Shown one piece after another: positions 17,618-23,876 of a DNA stretch of 24,000 bases. Numbering within the stretch: the first letter of the stretch is position 1; every line of letters begins with the position of its first letter. The notes below the pieces were generated by a model. The model had not been told where the DNA came from and made no database searches. It was given only the letters and a program-made list of their open reading frames with translations. The translations under genes were made by a program, and so were the position numbers. This DNA is from an uncultured Thiosulfatimonas sp. (lineage in GTDB: Bacteria; Pseudomonadota; Gammaproteobacteria; Thiomicrospirales; Thiomicrospiraceae): contig CAZJPO010000001.1 of the NCBI GenBank assembly GCA_964547865.1, positions 14,749-38,748 of the forward strand, written 5' to 3'.

Positions 17618-17827
17618 TTACAACCCCTCAATTTCATCTAAATTCAAAAGTTCGGGATTAATCTTAGAGAGCTTCTCTTTTTTTACTCGATAGGTAGCTG
17701 CTAACTTTCCGAACTGCAAAACATTTACCAGCACAGTAGTTTTGGCCACTTTAACAACCTTTCCCCTTTGCAACCCGCGATTGCTATCGTATTCAACCCA
17801 ATCATCAACCTTTAGATCATCGGCCAT
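17618..17827 (-). CDS. Small SH3/KOW/Tudor-like protein (69 aa), function unknown
   Basis: 11-nt overlap with the upstream gene. LKVDDWVEYDSNRGLQRGKVVKV resembles small beta-barrel (Hva1-Tudor/KOW-like) proteins. This resemblance is from memory only. Confidence 0.55.
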   Translation of the reverse strand: MADDLKVDDWVEYDSNRGLQRGKVVKVAKTTVLVNVLQFGKLAATYRVKKEKLSKINPELLNLDEIEGL

Positions 17828-18317
17828 TCTTTAACTCCATTTTTATTGCTCTCGCGCCTTCAACATAATTAGCAACCATTTGATAAAGTGATTTTGGGCT
17901 TTCTGGAACTGAGACTGTTTTTGTTTCTTTCCCAGTAATCACCATCAAATCGCGTACTTTATACCCGGCACTTTTCACAGCTAAACACGCTGACAAGCCT
18001 TGAATAACATCCGATTCCAAAACAGGGCCATTTCTGGACTTATACTCTACAACCGTCACTTTTCCGTTCTTGCTATAGATTGCATCTGGTTTTCCAAGCA
18101 CTCGATACTCTTGATTGAAAAAGGGTTTAGTATCCACCCCCTCATCAATCCAAACGAGCTTTCCCAATTCATCAAGCTCTTCACGCCCAGTTGTTTTTTT
18201 GCCTTCTCTTCTCGAATTAAGATAGAAAGCCAGAATTGCAACAGCGGCAATGAAGACAACCCAAATATCGGTAAAGTCTTTGAAAAAACCTACTAATCCT
18301 GAAAATAAATCCCACAT
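17817..18317 (-). CDS. Membrane-anchored PD-(D/E)xK (Cas4/RecB-like) nuclease-fold protein
   Basis: I prefer the ATG at 18317 (AGGTGG then 5 nt) over the track GTG at 18326, which lies inside the Shine-Dalgarno sequence. One N-terminal TM helix. Motif LGKPD(x12)EYK (D78, E91, K93 in my numbering), followed by a Q-containing helix (DVIQGLSA). Confidence 0.6.
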   Translation of the reverse strand: MWDLFSGLVGFFKDFTDIWVVFIAAVAILAFYLNSRREGKKTTGREELDELGKLVWIDEGVDTKPFFNQEYRVLGKPDAIYSKNGKVTVVEYKSRNGPVLESDVIQGLSACLAVKSAGYKVRDLMVITGKETKTVSVPESPKSLYQMVANYVEGARAIKMELKNGR

Positions 18318-18342
18318 TGGAACCACCTTTCTCTTTAATTCT

Positions 18343-18753
18343 CTAATACTTCGTCAAACTTACAACACAGTCCACAATGGAACGAGCCAAACCATCTAGG
18401 AGCTTGTTTTTGCGGCACAGGCTGACCAGAAAAGGAGAGGTTACGTAATAGACAGACACCATCCATTTTCCAAACCGGTTAGGCATCAAAACCCGATCTC
18501 TAAAAGAGCGCAGTTGATTTGTTCTTGGATCATCAATTCCATATAGGTGGGATGCAATAAAGCAACGCTTGTCTTGTTGTCCATTAATAAGAGCGTCGTT
18601 GAACGCTTCGTGTTTTTGGGATCCTTTTTCCAGTGCAGCTTTACGCTGCTCTGAAACCTCGACCCCGTTGTATTTATCCTCAAGCAGCTTAGGATTTCGT
18701 GCATACAAGCCAACATCTGAAGCAGAGATCCAATCTGTTTTTTTATTTTTCAT
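18343..18753 (-). CDS. Hypothetical protein with CFI-box-like C-terminal region (CFIASHLYG...LRSFRDRVL...VYYVTSP)
   Basis: ATGA overlap with the upstream gene, and AAGGA as Shine-Dalgarno. The C-terminal motif resembles the recalled CFIATAAYG...LR.FRD..L...YY..SP module. The N-terminus (WISASDVGLYARNP) resembles the first motif of Cas4/YqaJ-type nucleases. Confidence 0.5.
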   Translation of the reverse strand: MKNKKTDWISASDVGLYARNPKLLEDKYNGVEVSEQRKAALEKGSQKHEAFNDALINGQQDKRCFIASHLYGIDDPRTNQLRSFRDRVLMPNRFGKWMVSVYYVTSPFLVSLCRKNKLLDGLARSIVDCVVSLTKY

Positions 18754-20150
18754 ATTTCATCCTTCATATTGGCCAAGAGAAAAGCGTCAATGCTTACGCC
18801 TTCATGATCGTCTCGATAGACTTGTACTGGCCGGTCTTCACCACCGTGGCAAAAATACACTAAACTCTCTAATCCGTCACGGAAACTACTTAAATCCGTC
18901 ACACATCTGCTTAGTGAACTTCTAATCGTTTTATCAATACGGGCAGAGTAGTCGTCATTCAACATTGGATTTGCAGCAATATTAATCATTACCAAGCCGT
19001 TATCCTTCAGTCTCGATTTCACAAGATGAAAAAACTCGGTCGTTGCGGTGTGCGCCGGAACCATCACTCCAGAACTAAAGAGATCAATCACTATGACATC
19101 TACCAACTTTTCTCTGGCTAGCAAGTAGGCTCTCGCATCTTCACTAACAGCGTCACCGAACACTTTGTGGCCAAGGAAATGATTTTCAGCCACTGACAAA
19201 AGTTTTTCGTCAATATCGACATAAGTGAATTTATGCTTATGCAACTCTTCGTCAGTCGATAACGTGAATCCACCGGCACCAAGCACGAGCACCTCTGATG
19301 ACTCCATTTTCTTGAGGGCTGCTCTCATTGTTTCCACGTATGGCCAAGCTCCATTTTTATCATCCGTATAGGATGCAAACTGGTCATTAACCAACATTGC
19401 CTTTCCTCCAGCTTCATTTCCGTATTGGATTATTTTGATATTAGCGTAGGGTGTGGTTACTTGAAATAGCTCACGTTCGACTGCAACATTAAGAACAGCC
19501 GCAATACTGAGGAAGGTCACGGACATTGCAACCCCGATCCAATGACTTCGATTTCTAATCTCTATGGCTAGAAGAAGAGATAAAAACAGGACTGTACTAT
19601 TTAGCAGAATAGAGCTACCTACACCGAATAAAGTCAGAAAGACAAGCGCGGTAATCAGGCCGCCAAAGACATTGCCAAGCGTTGATAATGCGGTTAGATT
19701 TCCCGTTGCTTCGCTTTTGCTTGTTTCAGATTTTGCAGTATGCAGAAGCAGAGGTACCGTTTGGGCAAGAATAAAAACCAATGGAGCCAGAATAAGGCAA
19801 CTAAATACAAACAAATGAAACAGCGGGTGGCCAATAACTGGCATTCCGTTTGTTAAACTATCCAGAACGGAAAATAAGACATCCACAACCGGGTAGCTGA
19901 GACCAATACCAAAGATCCCAATCGCTATAACGAGATTTCTCACCAGAATATCGCGGTAACTTCCCGTTTGTGATTTGCCTCCCCTCCAATAACCAAGAGC
20001 CAAAGCCGCCAAAAAGGTACTGATAACGATGCTTGTGACTAAGATTGAAGACCCAACATAGCCAGTGACCTGTCGTATGGCCAGCATCTGTAGAGCAGCG
20101 GAAGCTAACCCTTCAAGCAAGAGTATTGCAGCAACAAGATTTCGATTCAT
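18750..20150 (-). CDS. Polytopic membrane domain fused to a spermidine synthase-like (class I SAM-dependent / aminopropyltransferase fold) domain
   Basis: The first ~215 aa hold about 7 hydrophobic helices. The C-terminal half has VLVLGAGGF (GxGxG), YVDIDEKLL and DVIVIDLF, typical of PABS/SpeE-like folds. Proteins of this architecture are, as I recall, usually annotated as fused MFS/spermidine synthase. Confidence 0.7.
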   Translation of the reverse strand: MNRNLVAAILLLEGLASAALQMLAIRQVTGYVGSSILVTSIVISTFLAALALGYWRGGKSQTGSYRDILVRNLVIAIGIFGIGLSYPVVDVLFSVLDSLTNGMPVIGHPLFHLFVFSCLILAPLVFILAQTVPLLLHTAKSETSKSEATGNLTALSTLGNVFGGLITALVFLTLFGVGSSILLNSTVLFLSLLLAIEIRNRSHWIGVAMSVTFLSIAAVLNVAVERELFQVTTPYANIKIIQYGNEAGGKAMLVNDQFASYTDDKNGAWPYVETMRAALKKMESSEVLVLGAGGFTLSTDEELHKHKFTYVDIDEKLLSVAENHFLGHKVFGDAVSEDARAYLLAREKLVDVIVIDLFSSGVMVPAHTATTEFFHLVKSRLKDNGLVMINIAANPMLNDDYSARIDKTIRSSLSRCVTDLSSFRDGLESLVYFCHGGEDRPVQVYRDDHEGVSIDAFLLANMKDEI

Positions 20151-20530
20151 TAATTTCAGCCGTTGAAAAATTGAAGCAGATTGTATTCCTTTCTGGACTT
20201 ATTAATAACAAACAAAAGGTCGCAGACTTGTGACCTAATGAAATTCACTTGATTCTTGATTTGATTACGTTTTTGTAATAAATTAATGCTATTCCATTTA
20301 GTTTCTTGTCTGATGATTTTTTTCATCAGCTTGAATGACCAGCCCAGAGCCAATTCCTAGCTGGTCGCATCTGCGGATGTTTGGCTCATCAACTACCTCC
20401 GGGTTCAACGCCCAATCTCTTGGCTTCACGCCTTTTAAACTTCATAAACTTCACACACCACAACTTTTTCAAAGTTGCGTTTTGCTGTGCTCGTTTATTT
20501 ATTTACTACTCCAATTTAAAGGAAACTATC

Positions 20531-21061
20531 ATGGAAAATACTACTCTAGCTGGAAATGTTGGAAATGTTCGCTCGAACAACGTAAACACTTCAAACGGAC
20601 AAAAGTTCGTTCTCAATTTCTCTTTGGCTGTTAAAACCAAAAAGAAAGACACTCAAGGAAAAACAATCACCAAATGGTATGAATGTGCATTGTGGGGCAA
20701 TTACGCTCAAACAATGTCTCAGTACATCCAGAAAGGTTCTTCTGTCACTGTAATCGGTACCACTGATGCGGAAATCTACACTCCTCAAGGTGGACAACCG
20801 CAGATCAAGCACACTTGCGATGTTGACAACCTTTTCTTGGCCAGCTCTGGTAATGGTAACAACCAAAATCAGAACAACGCCAACTTCCAAGGAAACCAAA
20901 ACCAAAATGGCAATGGTCAATTCCAACAAAATCAGCAGCAAGGTAATTTCCAACAACAAGGAAACTACCAGCAGCAGAATAATCAAGGTTTTCAACAAAA
21001 CCAAAACCAGCAACAAAATCAGAATTTTGGAATGAACCAAGACGACGATTTACCGTATTAA
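20531..21061 (+). CDS. ssb: Single-stranded DNA-binding protein with an N/Q-rich linker
   Basis: AAGGAAA lies upstream of the ATG at 20531. OB-fold-like N-terminus (LAGNVGN...KWYECALWGN...KGSSVTVIG). Acidic tip DDDLPY resembles the canonical DDDIPF. The upstream extension to 20381 lacks coding character. Confidence 0.85.
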   Translation: MENTTLAGNVGNVRSNNVNTSNGQKFVLNFSLAVKTKKKDTQGKTITKWYECALWGNYAQTMSQYIQKGSSVTVIGTTDAEIYTPQGGQPQIKHTCDVDNLFLASSGNGNNQNQNNANFQGNQNQNGNGQFQQNQQQGNFQQQGNYQQQNNQGFQQNQNQQQNQNFGMNQDDDLPY

Positions 21062-21090
21062 CGGTCGCTAATCAACTCACCTCGTTAAGA

Positions 21091-21124
21091 ACAGAACTGA
21101 ATTTATTCAGTTCTGTTTTTTTTT
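21091..21124 (+). terminator. Rho-independent terminator after ssb
   Basis: Perfect 11-bp stem ACAGAACTGAA / TTCAGTTCTGT (21091-21101 / 21106-21116), TTTA loop, then T8 (21117-21124). Confidence 0.85.
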
Positions 21125-21151
21125 GCTTATTTACTACTGAAGGAGCTAATC

Positions 21152-22114
21152 ATGGCTTATCAAAACAACCAACGTGCGCCGATGCCGGCTGTCGTTAAAC
21201 AAACCATCAGTTCAGCAGCTGCCAGATTTGAGAATTCCATTCTGGAGTTTGATAAAGAGCAGATCTACGCAATTGATGCCCTAAGCAAAAACAGCTATTC
21301 GCTGAAGATTGCTCAACAAAACCCGGCATCTCTGAAAATGGCACTCTTTAATTTGGCTGCCGTTGGATTGAGTCTCAACCCGGTGACAAAGTTTGCCTAT
21401 CTGATTCCACGTCGGATTGGTAATGAACAGAGAATTATTCTCGACATTAGCTATCAAGGCTTCATCGAGATTGCTATCAATGCTGGAGCCATAAAATCTT
21501 GCTCAGTCACGCTCGTTAGAGAAGGCGATTTGAGTTCAGGATTTCAATGGATCGACAACTACACCCCCCCAAAGAATCCACCTAATCCTTTTATCAAGGA
21601 CAAAGGTGCGATTGTTGGTGGTTACTGTCAAGCGCGTATGCCTGACAACTCATTCTTGTTGTTTCCTATGACAATCGAAGAGGTTTACAAGCGTCGTGAT
21701 TCTTCCGAAATGGTGAAGAAAAACGGTGTTTCAGGACCTTGGTTAGATTGGGAAGAAGAAATGATTAAGAAAACAATCGTGCGTTCCGCAGCGAAATGGT
21801 GGCCAAACAATGGCTCAACTAATTTGGCAGAAGCGCAGCGAACACTTAACGAAGATGCTGGAGAAGGATTGTCTGAGGAAGATCGTAACATTGTTCACGA
21901 TGTTCCAGTGCAACTGCCACCACCACCGGCGGCCAATGATTTGCCTCAGCAAATCGTTGACTATGTTGCCAAAGCAGTTAATCGAGCAGAACAGGTTTCT
22001 GCTTGGTCAGCCGCTGAAGAACACTTCACAAGCAAGTATTCGGATTTAAACCTACGCTCCTATGCGCTTTCAGAGCTTAAAGCACGAAAAGACGCAATGA
22101 AGCAATCAGCCTAA
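21152..22114 (+). CDS. recT: RecT-family single-strand annealing recombinase
   Basis: GAAGGAG lies upstream. NPASLKMALFNLAAVGLSLNP...AYLIPRR...ILDISYQGFIEIAINAGAI...REGD matches the recalled RecT core pattern. It lies between ssb and a YqaJ-type exonuclease. Confidence 0.8.
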   Translation: MAYQNNQRAPMPAVVKQTISSAAARFENSILEFDKEQIYAIDALSKNSYSLKIAQQNPASLKMALFNLAAVGLSLNPVTKFAYLIPRRIGNEQRIILDISYQGFIEIAINAGAIKSCSVTLVREGDLSSGFQWIDNYTPPKNPPNPFIKDKGAIVGGYCQARMPDNSFLLFPMTIEEVYKRRDSSEMVKKNGVSGPWLDWEEEMIKKTIVRSAAKWWPNNGSTNLAEAQRTLNEDAGEGLSEEDRNIVHDVPVQLPPPPAANDLPQQIVDYVAKAVNRAEQVSAWSAAEEHFTSKYSDLNLRSYALSELKARKDAMKQSA

Positions 22115-22127
22115 AAGGGAAACACTC

Positions 22128-22538
22128 ATGACTTTTGTTATGGATCACGAAGCGGGCTATAAAGGCCGCTACGAATACCACCAAGAAAACGAAGATGACT
22201 ACTATGGCACTTGCACTTTCACGACTAATGAAATGGTGGGTGCATTAAAAGAAATTCTTAAAGATTTACCATTTACACCAATTTTGGTACAGGGCGAATA
22301 CGACGGGATTCCTAAGACACCAACTTTGTGCTTTTCACTAGAAGAAGTGAAAAATGCAGTGGTTGAGTTAAACGAGGACAACGATAAGGTTCATCAACAA
22401 TTCCCTAACTTTAAAGATGAAATAGTTGCTTGCGATTCCATTGAGGAAATTCAAAGCCATTCAGCTTTAAAAGAGTGGGATTACGAATCTCTCATTCGTT
22501 TCTTTGAGCTAAAAACATCAAATAGAGTTATTTTTTAA
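22128..22538 (+). CDS. Highly acidic hypothetical protein (136 aa)
   Basis: AAGGGAAA lies upstream. By my count 27 D/E against 12 K/R. No family recognised. It is embedded between recT and the exonuclease. Confidence 0.6.
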   Translation: MTFVMDHEAGYKGRYEYHQENEDDYYGTCTFTTNEMVGALKEILKDLPFTPILVQGEYDGIPKTPTLCFSLEEVKNAVVELNEDNDKVHQQFPNFKDEIVACDSIEEIQSHSALKEWDYESLIRFFELKTSNRVIF

Positions 22539-22634
22539 CTTATTTTTTTAAACACCACCCAGACGGGAAATACACACCCGTCGGGTCAGTGTATTTCCTT
22601 GATGGGTTCACTACTACATCTCTGGAGATACACA

Positions 22635-23660
22635 ATGACAACTACTACAAACAACCAGTTAAAGACAACAACCATTATCAACGTAACGCAAGGAACGGAT
22701 GAATGGCTGCAATGGCGTTCAAAGGGAATTTCCGCTACGGATATTCCAATTATTATGGGTTTAAGCCCATATAAAACGCCATATCGTCTTTGGTTAGAAA
22801 AGACCGGTCGAGCAAACGCTGACGACCTGTCAAACAATCCTAACGTGCAACGCGGAAACCGATTGGAACCAAAAGCACGATCTTACTGGGAGGATAAGGA
22901 TTCGGAAATTTTACTTCCAATCTGCGCCCAATATGATCCTGCCCCTATGCTCAGAGCATCGCTTGATGGTTTGAGCATGGAAGGAAAACCTTACGAGCTA
23001 AAAGCACCTCATGAATCCACTTTCTCTGAAATAGAGGAAAAGGGTACCGATGCTGACGCTTATAAACTTTACGAACTTCAAGTCAAAACTCAATGTGTTG
23101 TTGTCGGCTCTGATTCTGGAAAGCTTTGCTTCTACATGGAAGACGAAAGAACGATGGAATTTGAGATTGAACTTCAACCAGAGGACTTGGATAACATCGT
23201 CACTGCGGCAATTGAGTTTTGGAATCTTATTGAAACCGATACTCCACCAGCTCTTGACCCGGAAAAAGACTTTTATATTCCCCAATCTGGAGAAGATGAG
23301 TTCCGTTGGCAAAGTTATTCAGAATTGTTTTCTGAAAATAAAGCCAAAATTGACGCACTGAAAGCCCAAATTGCTCCACTCGAAAATGCTCAAAAAGAGC
23401 TTCAAGAAGCAATGATTCAAATGATGGGAGATTTTCAAAATGCTGATTATGGCGGTTTGAAAGTCACTCGATTTGAACGTAAAGGCACCATTGACTATTC
23501 AAAGTTCATTAAAACTTTGGAGGTGGATGAACAAACGCTAGAAGGCTACCGCAAGAAGTCCAGCTGGCAATCAAGAGTTACTTTGTCTGAAAAAGATAAG
23601 GTGATTAATGAAGAAGTAATTGGTAATGAGTCTTCACCTACTCAAGCCGGTTATTTCTAA
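22635..23660 (+). CDS. YqaJ-type (lambda Exo-like, PD-(D/E)xK) recombination exonuclease with a C-terminal extension
   Basis: I prefer the ATG at 22635 (GGAGA 6 nt upstream) over the track TTG at 22599. GTDEWLQWRSKGISATDIPIIMGLSPYKTPYRLWLEKTG is the typical YqaJ N-terminal signature. SLDG...YELK fits the catalytic core. Confidence 0.8.
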   Translation: MTTTTNNQLKTTTIINVTQGTDEWLQWRSKGISATDIPIIMGLSPYKTPYRLWLEKTGRANADDLSNNPNVQRGNRLEPKARSYWEDKDSEILLPICAQYDPAPMLRASLDGLSMEGKPYELKAPHESTFSEIEEKGTDADAYKLYELQVKTQCVVVGSDSGKLCFYMEDERTMEFEIELQPEDLDNIVTAAIEFWNLIETDTPPALDPEKDFYIPQSGEDEFRWQSYSELFSENKAKIDALKAQIAPLENAQKELQEAMIQMMGDFQNADYGGLKVTRFERKGTIDYSKFIKTLEVDEQTLEGYRKKSSWQSRVTLSEKDKVINEEVIGNESSPTQAGYF

Positions 23661-23841
23661 AAATTAGAGGGAGTAGAGGCTCTCTAAAAAGACTGGCATA
23701 GTGCCAGAAAAGGAAACGGCACCTTTCGATGCCGCTCAGTACGGAGTAATTAAGGGTGTCCTCTACAACAATCCTTATATTACTTGCTCTTTTATTGTAT
23801 TCACCTGCTGCTTTTTAAGCAAGTGAACTAATCGAGTAAGT

Positions 23842-23876
23842 GGTGGCCTAGTTTTCTAGGCTACCCTCCTTTTATT
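23842..23876 (+). terminator. Candidate rho-independent terminator about 180 nt downstream of the exonuclease gene
   Basis: 10-bp stem (23842-23851 / 23856-23865, one G-U pair) with a TTTT loop, followed by the T-rich CTCCTTTTATT. Confidence 0.45.

Noticed and set aside
20395-20425. A tRNA T-arm-like string (CCGGGTTCAACGCCC) that might be a tRNA 3' fragment or att-site remnant.
   Set aside because: Only 3 bp of the would-be T-stem pair. There is no acceptor stem, anticodon arm or CCA context, so the evidence for a tRNA remnant is insufficient.
20381-20530. A 50-codon in-frame N-terminal extension of ssb, plus the overlapping 99-aa ORF at 20335-20634.
   Set aside because: There is no ribosome-binding site. 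The composition is odd (Cys/Phe-rich and non-OB). The ATG at 20531 has a good Shine-Dalgarno sequence and yields a canonical SSB N-terminus.
20591-21040. A 149-aa antisense ORF and an 89-aa plus-frame ORF (20766-21035) across the ssb linker.
   Set aside because: These are frame-shadow artefacts of the AAC/CAA/CAG low-complexity repeats. They translate to L/V/I or K/T/S homopolymer-like strings and have no starts with ribosome-binding sites.
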